Positions 1 to 10,299 of a stretch of 64,000 bases of DNA are shown piece after piece (the stretch's first letter is position 1; each line of letters starts with the position of its first letter). This DNA comes from an uncultured Thermoplasmata archaeon (lineage in GTDB: Archaea > Thermoplasmatota > Thermoplasmata > RBG-16-68-12). The translations under genes and the position numbers were made by a program. The DNA is taken from positions 1,024,001 through 1,088,000 of the forward strand of contig CAVYJM010000006.1 in the NCBI GenBank assembly GCA_963768855.1, in the 5' to 3' direction. Under the pieces are notes generated by a model that had not been told where the DNA came from, did no database searches, and saw nothing but the letters and a program-made list of their open reading frames with translations.

Positions 1-20
1 ATGAGCCCAAGTGGGATTCG

Positions 21-1928
21 ATGAGCATCGAAGACATTCTGAGCGACGCGAGGAGCGTCGTCAAGAAGGTGGTCCCCGACCACGTGGAGATCACCCAGGT
101 GGACTTCGAAGGCCCCACGATCGTGATCTACACGAAGAACATGGAGGCCTTCGCGGAGTCGAACGAGCTGGTACGCCAGATCGCCCAGCAGCTCCGGCGC
201 CGCATCATCGTCCGCCCGGACCCGTCCCTCCTGGCGACCCAGGAAGACGCCGAGAAGGTCATCCGCGAGCTCATCCCGCCCGAAGCCCAGATTACCGGAA
301 TCTACTTCGAGACGGAGACGGGCGAGGTCTCGATTGAAGCCCTGAGCCCCGGCATGGTCATCGGCCGGCACGGGCAGCTTCTCAACGAGATCAAGAAGAA
401 GATCGGGTGGGCGCCCAAGGTCGTTCGCACGCCGCCGATCCCCTCGAAGACGGTCGAGGAGATTCGCCAGTACCTGCGCACGATCAACGACGAGCGCCAG
501 ACCTTCCTCAAACAGGTTGGCCGCAAGCTCGCGCGGGAGATCCCCGCGGGAGACAACTACGTGCGGATCACGGCCCTCGGCGGCTTCCGCCAGGTCGGGC
601 GCTCCTGCGCCCTCCTGAGCACGAAGGAGTCGAAGGTTCTCATCGACTGCGGCGTCCTCATTTCCGAGGACAACGGATCGCCGTATCTGAACGCTCCGGA
701 GGTCTTGCCCCTGTCGTCGATCGACGCGGTCGTCATCACCCACGCCCACTTGGACCACTCGGGGCTCGTGCCGGCGTTGTTCAAGTACGGGTACGAGGGG
801 CCCATTTACACGACGCCACCGACGAGGGACCTCATGTCCCTCTTGCAACTCGACTTCATCAAGGTCGCGATGGGAGAGGCCCGGAAGTCCGCCTACGAGT
901 CGCAACACGTCCGCAAGGCCGTCGCGAACACGATCCCCCTGAAGTACGGCGAGACGACGGACATCGCTCCCGACGTCCGGTTGACGTTCCAGAACGCGGG
1001 CCACATCCTGGGCTCCGCTCTCGCCCACTTCCACATCGGCGACGGCCTGTACAACATCGCGATGTCCGGAGACATCAAGTTCGAGAAGACGTGGCTTTTC
1101 AACCCTGCGGTGAACAAGTTCCCGCGGCTCGAGACCCTGGTCCTGGAGTCGACCTACGGTGGGTACCACGACGTGCAGCCGTCGCGCCACGAGGCCTCGC
1201 AGCAGATCAAGGAGATCGCCCGGCGCGTGTTGAACCGGGGCGGCAAGATGCTCGTCCCCGTCTTCGCGGTCGGCCGGTCCCAGGAGGTCATGCTCGTCCT
1301 CGAGGACGCGATGCGGAACCACCAGATCCCCGAGGTCCCCATCTACCTGGACGGGATGATCTGGGAGGCCACGGCGATCCACACAGCCTACCCGGAGTAT
1401 CTGAACAGCCAGCTCCGCACGGAGATCTTCCAGAGCGGGGAGAATCCGTTCCTGTCGCCCTCCTTCAAACGGGTCGAGACGGCGGACATGCGAGCGAACA
1501 TCATCGACGACGTCGAGCCGTGCATCGTCTTGGCGACGAGCGGCATGATGTCGGGCGGCCCCGTCCTCGAATACTTCAAGGGCTGGGCGGACAACCCGCT
1601 CCACGCGCTGATCTTCGTCGGATTCCAGTCCGAGGGCTCCCTCGGGCGGCGCATTCAGCGCGAGGCCCGCGAGGTCACTCTCAACGACCGCGGCCAGCCG
1701 CTCACCCTCCCGATCAAGATGGACCTCGAGACAATCGACGGATTCTCCGGCCACTCGGACCGCCTCCAGCTCCTGAACTTCGTGGGCACGATGGAGCCTC
1801 GTCCCGAGCGGATCATCGTGAACCATGGCGAGGAGTACAAGTGCGCGGACCTCGCGTCGGGCCTCTACAAGAAGTTCGGCATCGAGACGCGAGCACCGAT
1901 GAACCTCGAGACGATCCGCCTCAAGTGA
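21..1928 (+). CDS. aCPSF1: aCPSF1/FttA beta-CASP ribonuclease (KH domains + metallo-beta-lactamase + beta-CASP)
   Basis: 635 aa; N-terminal KH region (GMVIGRHG), HAHLDHSG metallo-beta-lactamase motif, AGHILGS, C-terminal FSGHSD. Confidence 0.95.
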   Translation: MSIEDILSDARSVVKKVVPDHVEITQVDFEGPTIVIYTKNMEAFAESNELVRQIAQQLRRRIIVRPDPSLLATQEDAEKVIRELIPPEAQITGIYFETETGEVSIEALSPGMVIGRHGQLLNEIKKKIGWAPKVVRTPPIPSKTVEEIRQYLRTINDERQTFLKQVGRKLAREIPAGDNYVRITALGGFRQVGRSCALLSTKESKVLIDCGVLISEDNGSPYLNAPEVLPLSSIDAVVITHAHLDHSGLVPALFKYGYEGPIYTTPPTRDLMSLLQLDFIKVAMGEARKSAYESQHVRKAVANTIPLKYGETTDIAPDVRLTFQNAGHILGSALAHFHIGDGLYNIAMSGDIKFEKTWLFNPAVNKFPRLETLVLESTYGGYHDVQPSRHEASQQIKEIARRVLNRGGKMLVPVFAVGRSQEVMLVLEDAMRNHQIPEVPIYLDGMIWEATAIHTAYPEYLNSQLRTEIFQSGENPFLSPSFKRVETADMRANIIDDVEPCIVLATSGMMSGGPVLEYFKGWADNPLHALIFVGFQSEGSLGRRIQREAREVTLNDRGQPLTLPIKMDLETIDGFSGHSDRLQLLNFVGTMEPRPERIIVNHGEEYKCADLASGLYKKFGIETRAPMNLETIRLK

Positions 1929-1936
1929 GGCTGACC

Positions 1937-2452
1937 ATGGCCGCGCCGCCGAACGCCCCTGGGCCCGCATGGGCACGTCGCGTCCAAGGGTGGTCTTTCC
2001 TCCTGTTCTTCGTCTCGCTCATCGCCCTGACCTTCGTGGCGGTCGAGTTTTGGAACGCCCACGATCTCGTGATGAGCGGCTACTTCGCGGGGCTCGCGTC
2101 CGTCGCGCCGCTCCTCCTGGTCGTCCTCGTCTACTACGGGCGCCCCCTATGGGGGATCACGGTCCCGCTCTCGCCAGGAGCGGTTGCCGGGGCTCTGGCC
2201 TCGGCCGCCCACGGCCGGCGCGTCGAGCCCGTGGCTGAGCGCGAGGGGCCATTCGCGCGTTGCGTCTCTGTCGTCCGCTTCGAAGAGCCTGCGTGCACGA
2301 TCGGCTGGTCCGCGGTCCCTCCCGCGCTGGGTGTCTCGCCTGCAGAAGCAACGTCGGTCGTCCTCCGCCCGGAGACGCGGGACCGGAGGGCCCTCGCTGC
2401 GCTCCGGGAATCGCTCGCCCGGTCCCTGCTCGACGCGGCGCGGCCCGCCTAG
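1937..2452 (+). CDS. hypothetical membrane protein (2 N-terminal TM helices)
   Basis: ATG at 1937 just after the aCPSF1 stop; hydrophobic stretches; 3' part of ORF 407..2452. Confidence 0.7.
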   Translation: MAAPPNAPGPAWARRVQGWSFLLFFVSLIALTFVAVEFWNAHDLVMSGYFAGLASVAPLLLVVLVYYGRPLWGITVPLSPGAVAGALASAAHGRRVEPVAEREGPFARCVSVVRFEEPACTIGWSAVPPALGVSPAEATSVVLRPETRDRRALAALRESLARSLLDAARPA

Positions 2453-2742
2453 AGGCACATGTAGTCGAGCCACGACTGGAGCGCATCGTGAGCGGCCTCG
2501 AGGTCGAGGACCTGTTCCTCCGTCCCGTCGCACACCGCGAACCGCTCCAGGACGACGCGCTCGCCCACCTTCCGGAAGTCGAGGCGTAGGCAGGGCACGG
2601 CGCCGGGGCGGTCCGGCTCGCTGAACCAAGGTTCGAACGCGAGGGAGACGCGGTCCTCGCGGTCCTCGATGCAGTACCCGCGGACGCGGCAGAGGCCCTG
2701 GCGGAATCCCTCGTAGGGAGCCGAGATGGCCTCGGGAGTCAT
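2449..2742 (-). CDS. hypothetical protein, 97 aa
   Basis: ORF with protein-like composition, convergent 4-nt overlap with the previous gene. Confidence 0.6.
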   Translation of the reverse strand: MTPEAISAPYEGFRQGLCRVRGYCIEDREDRVSLAFEPWFSEPDRPGAVPCLRLDFRKVGERVVLERFAVCDGTEEQVLDLEAAHDALQSWLDYMCL

Positions 2743-2849
2743 CGGTTGTCCCGGAACGTCGTTCCCCTCCGAAGAACGCTGTGCAAGTACTGTTGCGAGC
2801 GATTCCCTCCGGGGGAAACCTTTTGGCCTGGCTCGCGTTCGGCCCCGTG

Positions 2850-3308
2850 ATGCGGCCTCACTACGAGAAGGTGAAGGATCGCATGCCGCCGGAAGCGTTC
2901 GACCGCGAGATCGACGAGACGGCCCGCGCCTGGGGGGGCCTCCTGGACCGGGATGCCGCGGCGATGGTCGTCGTGGAACGGCACGGCGGCAGCGTCGCGG
3001 CCTTCCAGGCGATCAAGGACCTCGAGGAGGGCGGGGAGGCGAACCTCCGCGCGAAGGTGGTTGGGCTATCGCCCGTCCGCACGTTCACCCGCCAGGACGG
3101 CAGCCCGGGCCGCGTCGTGAACCTCGAGCTCCGTGACGACAGCGGGTTCTGCCGCATGCCGCTGTGGGACGAGGACGTCGCCCTCGTCGAGAAGGGACAG
3201 GTCGCAGTCGGCAAGACCGTGCGGGCGATCGACTGCTTCGTCAAGCGCACGAACTTCGGACTCGAGGTCGGCCGGGGTAAGTTTGGTGCGCTCCTCGTGG
3301 AGGAATGA
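2850..3308 (+). CDS. RPA-like protein: N-terminal helical domain plus a single OB fold
   Basis: FDREIDE..WGGLLDRDAAAMVV resembles the archaeal RPA N-terminus; OB fold with FTRQDGSPGRVVNLELRDDSG..LWDE; ATG at 2850 chosen within ORF 2781..3308. Confidence 0.8.
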   Translation: MRPHYEKVKDRMPPEAFDREIDETARAWGGLLDRDAAAMVVVERHGGSVAAFQAIKDLEEGGEANLRAKVVGLSPVRTFTRQDGSPGRVVNLELRDDSGFCRMPLWDEDVALVEKGQVAVGKTVRAIDCFVKRTNFGLEVGRGKFGALLVEE

Positions 3309-3309
3309 G

Positions 3310-3867
3310 ATGGCCGAGGCCGCGACCGAGGTGCGCATGGCCCCGTCCTGGATGTACGTGAACGAGCTGCGACTGGTCACCGTGGTCCTCGGTGCCGCCA
3401 TCGTCGTGCTCGGCATCGGGTTGCTCGTCTTCCTGGTGGATGGTCCCGAGCAGATGGACACGGTCGACGTGCTCCTCGGCACCGGGGTCTTCTTCATCCT
3501 GTTCACGGTCTTCCTCTTCGTACCGCGGCTCCGGAGCCGCGGCGCAATGAGCTTCACCCTTCTCGTGGAGCATTCGATGGACGAGGTGGAGATCGCCGTC
3601 ACCGAGGCCTTGCAGGCGAGCGGCCGAAAGGCGCACGTCGAGGTTCAGAAGTCGCGCTTCCAGCGGCCGCCCCGCGAAGTAGCGATTGATGGGCTCACGT
3701 GGAGGTTCTCCCTCCGGGCCGCGCCGTACCGCGAGAGCCGGGCGGAGGGGACCCCGTGGACGGAGATCGTGCAGACGGGACTCCAAAAGGAGGAAGATGA
3801 GGTCGCCCGCGACCTCCGGGAGCGGGTCCTGAGCCGCCTGGCGACCTCGAATTCGGTGCAGAGCTAG
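3310..3867 (+). CDS. hypothetical membrane protein (2 TM)
   Basis: ATG 1 nt after the upstream stop; two hydrophobic helices. Confidence 0.7.
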   Translation: MAEAATEVRMAPSWMYVNELRLVTVVLGAAIVVLGIGLLVFLVDGPEQMDTVDVLLGTGVFFILFTVFLFVPRLRSRGAMSFTLLVEHSMDEVEIAVTEALQASGRKAHVEVQKSRFQRPPREVAIDGLTWRFSLRAAPYRESRAEGTPWTEIVQTGLQKEEDEVARDLRERVLSRLATSNSVQS

Positions 3868-3874
3868 GCCGACG

Positions 3875-5539
3875 TCACATGCCCATGCCGGGCATGCCGC
3901 CCATGCCGCCGCCGTGCTCGTGGCCGCCGGCGCCGGGGGGCGGCGTCGGGCTCTTCCTCGAGGCGATGACGTCGTCGATGCGGAGGATCATGCTCGCGAC
4001 CTCGGTCGCAGACTGGAGCGCCTGGGTCTTGACCCGAAGCGGTTCGATGATGTTCGCCTTGAGCATGTCTTGGGGTTCACCCGTGAGGACGTTGACGCCC
4101 ATGTTCTTGCCCGACTTCTTCCCGTGCTCGGATCGAAGCTTGATCAGGACGTTGATCGGATCCAACCCCGCGTTCTCCCCGAGGGTCCTCGGGATAACGT
4201 CTAGGGCGTTCGCGAACGCCTCGATGGCGAGCTGCTCGCGTCCGCCGACGTTGGCCCCGTAGTCCTTCAGGCCGAGGGTCAGCTCGATTTCTGCAGCGCC
4301 GCCGCCCGGGAGCGCCTTACCGTCCTCGACGCCTGCGGACACGACGCGCAGCGCGTCGTGGAGGATGCGCTCGACCTCGTCGACCACATGCTCCGTGCCG
4401 CCGCGAATCAGGATCGAGACCGCGTGGGCGCTCTTGCAGCCCGTGACGAACGTGAGCTCGTCCGGCCCGACCTTGCGCTCCTCGACCAGCTCGGCGTGTC
4501 CGAGCTCCTTCGCGGTGAGGTCGTCCAGGTTCGTGATGATCCGGCCGCCCGTGGCCTTCGCGAGCTTCTTCATGTCGCTCTCCTTGACCCGCCGGACCGC
4601 ATACATGCCGGCCTGGGCCAGGTAGTGCTGCACAAGGTCGTCGACTCCCTTCTGGCAGAGGACCACGTTCGCACCGGAGGCTTTGATCTTGTCCACGAGG
4701 TTCTTGAGCCCCTTCTCTTCCTCGTCGAGGAACTTCTGGAGCTGATGAGGGTCGCGGATGCGAATCTCCTCGCTGACCTCGGTCTTCTTGACCTCGAGGG
4801 CGCGGTTGATGAGCGCGATCTTGGCCCCGCGCACGAACTTGGGCATCCGCGGGTGGACGCGCTCCTTGTCGAGGACGACGCCATCGATGAGAGAGGTCTC
4901 CCGGATGTCGCCGCCGTGCTTCTTCTGGACGAGGATGTTGTCCACGTCCGCCCGGGTCTCCCCCGCGACCTCTTCGATGATGGACAGGACCGCGTCCACG
5001 GCGATGTTCGCGAGGAAGTCGCTGCTGTCCCCGACACTCCGGCCGCTCATCGCGGTGCGGGCGATAGACCGCAAGGTCTCCTTGTCCGTGCGCTTCACGT
5101 CGAAGGCGATGTCTTGGAGGCGCCGCACAGCCTCCTGCTCGGCCATCCGGTAACCGTTCACGATGATGGTCGGGTGGACCTCCTGCTCGATGAGCCGCTC
5201 CGCCATCTTGAGGAGCTCGCCCGCGATGACCACGGCGCTCGTCGTCCCGTCGCCGACCTCGTCGTCCTGGGTCTTCGCGACCTCGACGATCATCTTCGCC
5301 GCTGGATGTTCAATCTCAATCTCCTTGAGGATCGTCACGCCGTCGTTCGTGATCGTCACGTCGCCGAGGGAGTCGACGAGCATCTTATCCATGCCCTTCG
5401 GGCCCAACGTCGACTTGACGGCGTCCGCGACGGCGCGAGCCGCCGCGATGTTGTTGTGCACCGCACCGGTGCCCTTCTCTCTGTCCGTCCCCTCTTTGAG
5501 GATGATGACCGGCTGTCCCTGCATCATTGGAATTCCCAT
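3875..5539 (-). CDS. ths: thermosome subunit (group II chaperonin)
   Basis: [31 protein letters not shown] motifs; Gly/Met-rich tail. Confidence 0.97.
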   Translation of the reverse strand: MGIPMMQGQPVIILKEGTDREKGTGAVHNNIAAARAVADAVKSTLGPKGMDKMLVDSLGDVTITNDGVTILKEIEIEHPAAKMIVEVAKTQDDEVGDGTTSAVVIAGELLKMAERLIEQEVHPTIIVNGYRMAEQEAVRRLQDIAFDVKRTDKETLRSIARTAMSGRSVGDSSDFLANIAVDAVLSIIEEVAGETRADVDNILVQKKHGGDIRETSLIDGVVLDKERVHPRMPKFVRGAKIALINRALEVKKTEVSEEIRIRDPHQLQKFLDEEEKGLKNLVDKIKASGANVVLCQKGVDDLVQHYLAQAGMYAVRRVKESDMKKLAKATGGRIITNLDDLTAKELGHAELVEERKVGPDELTFVTGCKSAHAVSILIRGGTEHVVDEVERILHDALRVVSAGVEDGKALPGGGAAEIELTLGLKDYGANVGGREQLAIEAFANALDVIPRTLGENAGLDPINVLIKLRSEHGKKSGKNMGVNVLTGEPQDMLKANIIEPLRVKTQALQSATEVASMILRIDDVIASRKSPTPPPGAGGHEHGGGMGGMPGMGM

Positions 5540-5641
5540 TCGTCTATGCTAGGGCTTCTATATGAACGTTCCCCCCTTCGCCTCCTGCTGGGCCCGTTCC
5601 CGCCCGTCCGGTGGACCGGCCGCCCGTGCGGGGCCGAACAC

Positions 5642-5716
5642 TCAGATTGCCTCGCCGCATTCGTCGCAGGACTTCGCGCTCTCCCCGTCGAGGTGGCCGC
5701 AGTCCTGGCACCTCAC
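5642..5716 (-). CDS. 24-aa zinc-ribbon microprotein (MRCQDCGHLDGESAKSCDECGEAI)
   Basis: Two CxxCG motifs; GAGGT Shine-Dalgarno 7 nt before GTG; 3' end of ORF 5642..5827. Confidence 0.6.
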   Translation of the reverse strand: MRCQDCGHLDGESAKSCDECGEAI

Positions 5717-5816
5717 GCTGATGACCTCTGCACTCCCCCGGCGCCCGACCTGGTCATGTCGGGACGCGCGGAAGTTTATATCGAACCGGGAGATTGACTT
5801 CGCTGCAGGTGAGTAG

Positions 5817-6143
5817 ATGGCTGACAAGCCCGTTCATGTTACCGATGCAGAGTTCGACAAGGTGGTCAAGGAGAATCCCTACGTCGTCGTCGATTTCTGG
5901 GCCGAGTGGTGCGCTCCCTGCCGCGCGATCGCCCCCACGATCGAGGAGCTCGCCAAGAAGTACAACGGCAAGGTCACGTTCGCCAAAGTGAACAGCGACG
6001 AGAACCCGAAGACCGTCCAGCAGTTCATGATCATGGGCATCCCGACCCTGCTGTTCTTCAAGGCCGGGAAGCTCGTCGACCAGGTCGTCGGCGCGATGCC
6101 GCGCGGGCCCCTCGAGGAACGTGTCAAGAAGCACCTCGCGTGA
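5817..6143 (+). CDS. trxA: thioredoxin
   Basis: WAEWCAPC active site, GIPTLL; GGTGAG SD; TTTATA box at about 5774. Confidence 0.96.
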   Translation: MADKPVHVTDAEFDKVVKENPYVVVDFWAEWCAPCRAIAPTIEELAKKYNGKVTFAKVNSDENPKTVQQFMIMGIPTLLFFKAGKLVDQVVGAMPRGPLEERVKKHLA

Positions 6144-6189
6144 CGACATTTAGAAGTACCTAAACTTCGCTCTTTGGAGACGAGGAACC

Positions 6190-6348
6190 ATGAGCTCCGT
6201 CATCGAGACCCTCGCGAGCAAGAAGAAGCCGGCCGTGGCCCCGCTCACGATGCTCCTGCCGGTCGTCCAGAAGGAGCACGAGGGCGGCTGCGGGGACCAG
6301 TGCGGCTGCGGTCAGGACGAGGCGGAAGGCGGCTGCTGCGGCGGTTGA
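6190..6348 (+). CDS. 52-aa protein with Cys/Gly/acidic C-terminal tail (possible metal-binding microprotein)
   Basis: Hand translation MSSVIETLASKKKPAVAPLTMLLPVVQKEHEGGCGDQCGCGQDEAEGGCCGG; GAGGA SD; below the ORF-track length cutoff. Confidence 0.65.
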   Translation: MSSVIETLASKKKPAVAPLTMLLPVVQKEHEGGCGDQCGCGQDEAEGGCCGG

Positions 6349-6393
6349 ACTCCGCCGACAGCCATCTTCGTGTTTGACGATTTGAGAATCAGT

Positions 6394-6413
6394 GCGGATA
6401 ACCGTCTATCCGC
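6394..6413. promoter_or_regulatory. palindrome GCGGATA-N6-TATCCGC, candidate operator upstream of the HTH regulator
   Basis: Perfect 7-bp inverted repeat directly before a TTCATATA TATA-like box. Confidence 0.4.
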
Positions 6414-6444
6414 GGTTCATATACCATCTCACTCCTCGATTCCA

Positions 6445-6831
6445 TTGCAACGAGGAGGAAGAGATACGGACCCTCTGGAAGCATCTCGTCTCGTGACCGA
6501 CGAGTACTCGGCCAAGATTCTGGTGGCCACCTTCAAGAAGCCGAAGTCCGCCATCGATCTGAGCCGGGAATACGGCATCCCGATCGCAGCCTGCTACCGC
6601 CGCATCCACGCCCTGGAACGCGCCGGCCTGATTCGCTGCACGGAGCGGGCGCTCACCCAGAAGGGCAAGCGGATCTCCCTCTACATGTCCCAGCTCAAGA
6701 ACGCGTACATCTTCTTCGAGAACGGCCGCCTCCGCGTCCGCTTCCAGCTTGCGACCGGGATCACGAAGGACTTCGGCGGCGACTGGAAGGCAGTCGACGT
6801 CGTCGAACCAGAGCCCACCCTCTACCACTAA
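6445..6831 (+). CDS. winged-helix (ArsR-like) transcriptional regulator
   Basis: DEYSAKIL..KSAIDLSREYGIPIAACYRRIHALERAGLI; start uncertain (TTG 6445 or ACG 6466). Confidence 0.85.
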   Translation: MQRGGRDTDPLEASRLVTDEYSAKILVATFKKPKSAIDLSREYGIPIAACYRRIHALERAGLIRCTERALTQKGKRISLYMSQLKNAYIFFENGRLRVRFQLATGITKDFGGDWKAVDVVEPEPTLYH

Positions 6832-6850
6832 CCCCTCCTCCACAACCCAC

Positions 6851-6888
6851 AGGCAGGACCGAGAACCCCTCGTCCTGCCTCTTTTATT
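6851..6888 (+). terminator. stem-loop terminator with T-rich tail
   Basis: AGGCAGGAC/GTCCTGCCT 9-bp stem followed by CTTTTATT, 20 nt after the regulator stop. Confidence 0.55.
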
Positions 6889-6989
6889 CCGCCTCGCAGG
6901 GAGGGTCGTTCTTCTCGTCCAATTTGTGCATGCGGGGGGCCGCCTTGACAAACCCTCCATGCCGCCATCGTCGGACGGCTTCGAGGTGT

Positions 6990-7005
6990 GTCTCAAAATT
7001 GAGAC
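6990..7005. promoter_or_regulatory. palindrome GTCTCAA-AA-TTGAGAC, candidate operator
   Basis: Perfect 7-bp inverted repeat about 15 nt upstream of a TTTTATA box preceding the 7039 gene. Confidence 0.4.
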
Positions 7006-7038
7006 CGTTGACAATTCCGTTTTATATTCCGCGCTGGG

Positions 7039-7269
7039 ATGAGTCCACTCTCCATGGACCGCGACCGCATGAAGTACTTGTTCAGGGAGATCCTCGGCGT
7101 CGACGTCGACGAGGTCGTCCGGCAGGTCGTCGCCACGATCGCAGTGGAGCGTGCGAAGCAGGCCCAGCAGAACAGCCGGGACTGGAAGAAGTACATGGAG
7201 GCGGAGGGCGGCCTGATCATCCTGCCGTCCAACGTCACCCAGTTGGGGAGAAAGGAGTCCAAACCGTGA
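7039..7269 (+). CDS. hypothetical protein, 76 aa
   Basis: ORF with host-like codon usage, TATA box about 12 nt upstream; real start may be ATG 7054. Confidence 0.7.
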   Translation: MSPLSMDRDRMKYLFREILGVDVDEVVRQVVATIAVERAKQAQQNSRDWKKYMEAEGGLIILPSNVTQLGRKESKP

Positions 7270-8744
<1,475 letters not shown>

Positions 8745-8758
8745 GCGATGATCCGCGC

Positions 8759-9391
8759 CTAGGCCTGCCAGCTGACCGACTGAATCTGGGATCCATCGGA
8801 ATACAGCAGATAGAATGTCAGCGAGGTGCCAGCGGCCGGTGCCGACGGGAACGCGATGGTGAGCGTGTCGCCCGCGTTCACGGTGCCTTCGCCGCCCAAA
8901 TCGGTCCATGTAATGCCGACCGTGGCGGGGATCGCAGCCGTGGTCACGCGGACGTCCTGTCCGCTGGTTCCCATGTTCACCGCTGTTCCCGTCGCCGTCC
9001 CGATCCCGAAGTTCAGTTTGAAGTAAGACGGGGACACCGCCGGCGATGCGGACGCCACCGAGAATGTCCATGTCAGGGAGTTCATCTTCGTTACGGAGCT
9101 GAAGGTCACGAAGGGCTTCGCGTAGCCGGGACCGGGCGTGAGGAGTCCCGAGACCATGATGTAGAGGACACCTGCCAGGACCGTAGGTACGGCGATCACG
9201 AGCACCACGATCAGGACGATGATCCAAGCTACGTTGTCCCTCCTGGGCGGAAGCACCGGATAGACCGGATAGCCGGCCGCAGCCGCGACGGGTCTGCCGC
9301 AGGCCGCGCAGAAGTGGAAGGGAGGGACCAGCTCGCTCCCGCAGTAGGGACATGCCGTAATCCGCATCACCTCCAGCCTCGATACGCCCAT
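8759..9391 (-). CDS. zinc-ribbon + TM + pilin/archaellin-like beta-rich extracellular domain protein
   Basis: CPYCG..CAACG; VLAGVLYIMVSGL helix like an archaeal type IV pilin N-terminus; Ser/Thr-rich C-terminus with D-x-G-x-x-x-x-N-AGD. Confidence 0.7.
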   Translation of the reverse strand: MGVSRLEVMRITACPYCGSELVPPFHFCAACGRPVAAAAGYPVYPVLPPRRDNVAWIIVLIVVLVIAVPTVLAGVLYIMVSGLLTPGPGYAKPFVTFSSVTKMNSLTWTFSVASASPAVSPSYFKLNFGIGTATGTAVNMGTSGQDVRVTTAAIPATVGITWTDLGGEGTVNAGDTLTIAFPSAPAAGTSLTFYLLYSDGSQIQSVSWQA

Positions 9392-9539
9392 GAATCCCGA
9401 GGGACAAAAGAGTTGGGGCGGTCCGCTTCCTCGTCCCGGCGTGGCGTTATCCGGGCGTCTCGTTTGTCAACCGGCTCGCCACCGAAGGGCTTAAGAACCG
9501 AGGCCCGAATACGCCCGCAACAGAAGGGATGGTGAGCGT

Positions 9540-9812
9540 CTGCTCGGAGAAGTCTCTGAGATAATCGGGCTGCAGGTCTACACCCAGAACGGCGTGTTCC
9601 TGGGCAATGTGAACAACTTGGTCGTGGACGTCGACAACGGCGCCGTCGACGGCATCTTCGTCGGGGAGACGAATCCGCTCCTCGTCGAGGGGAGCCGCGC
9701 GGTCAGCGTCCCGTACCGCTGGGTGCAGAGCGTCGGGGACATCGTCGTGCTCCGGTACTTCCCGAAGCGCGTGACGGCGAAGCGTGGCGCGGCCCCGGTG
9801 GCCCCGCAGTAG
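9540..9812 (+). CDS. PRC-barrel protein (CdpB-like)
   Basis: GLQVYTQNG..LGNV..LVVD and VPYRWVQSVGDIVVL; coding similarity extends to a CTG at 9540 with a GGTGAG SD, in-frame TAA at 9492. Confidence 0.85.
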   Translation: MLGEVSEIIGLQVYTQNGVFLGNVNNLVVDVDNGAVDGIFVGETNPLLVEGSRAVSVPYRWVQSVGDIVVLRYFPKRVTAKRGAAPVAPQ

Positions 9813-9867
9813 AGTGCCTCCTGTTACTTACGTCAGGTTTATCCTGCCGGCCCTCGATAAGTCGGGC

Positions 9868-10299
9868 ATGGCCCGCGCGGGGTTTGCGACCAAACAGCAG
9901 CCCGCCGCTCGCTTCGAACTCCTCGACATCGAACTCCTCCATTGCCATGAAGAGATCCAGCTCCCTCTCCTCGAGCGCGTGATGGAGCAGATCCGCGAGG
10001 ACGGCTACGTGAAGAAGCCGATCTTGGTCGCGGACAAGGTCTGGGTCATCCTCGACGGGCATCACCGCTACGAGGCCCTGCGGCGGCTCGGTTGCCGTCG
10101 CGTGCCCGCGTACGTGATCGACTACTTCTCGGACGTCGTCGATCTCACGCTCTGGCCAACCGCGAAGGAGAAGGACGTCCGCAAGCAGGACGTCGTCGAG
10201 CGTGGCCGGGCGGGCCTCCTCTACACGCCGAAGACGACGCGGCACACGATCAAGATCCACCTGCCCGACGTGTTCACGGACCTCGAGGACCTGATGTAG
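9868..10299 (+). CDS. stand-alone ParB/sulfiredoxin N-terminal-like domain protein
   Basis: LLHCHEE, PILV..ILDGHHRYEAL. Confidence 0.85.
   Translation: MARAGFATKQQPAARFELLDIELLHCHEEIQLPLLERVMEQIREDGYVKKPILVADKVWVILDGHHRYEALRRLGCRRVPAYVIDYFSDVVDLTLWPTAKEKDVRKQDVVERGRAGLLYTPKTTRHTIKIHLPDVFTDLEDLM

Noticed and set aside
407-1936. Long alternative-frame ORF over aCPSF1, and similar long shadow ORFs (4358..5797, 47636..50053, 54763..55965, 56685..58031)
   Set aside because: Arg/Pro/Gly-rich or antisense mirrors of well-supported genes; expected in high-GC DNA
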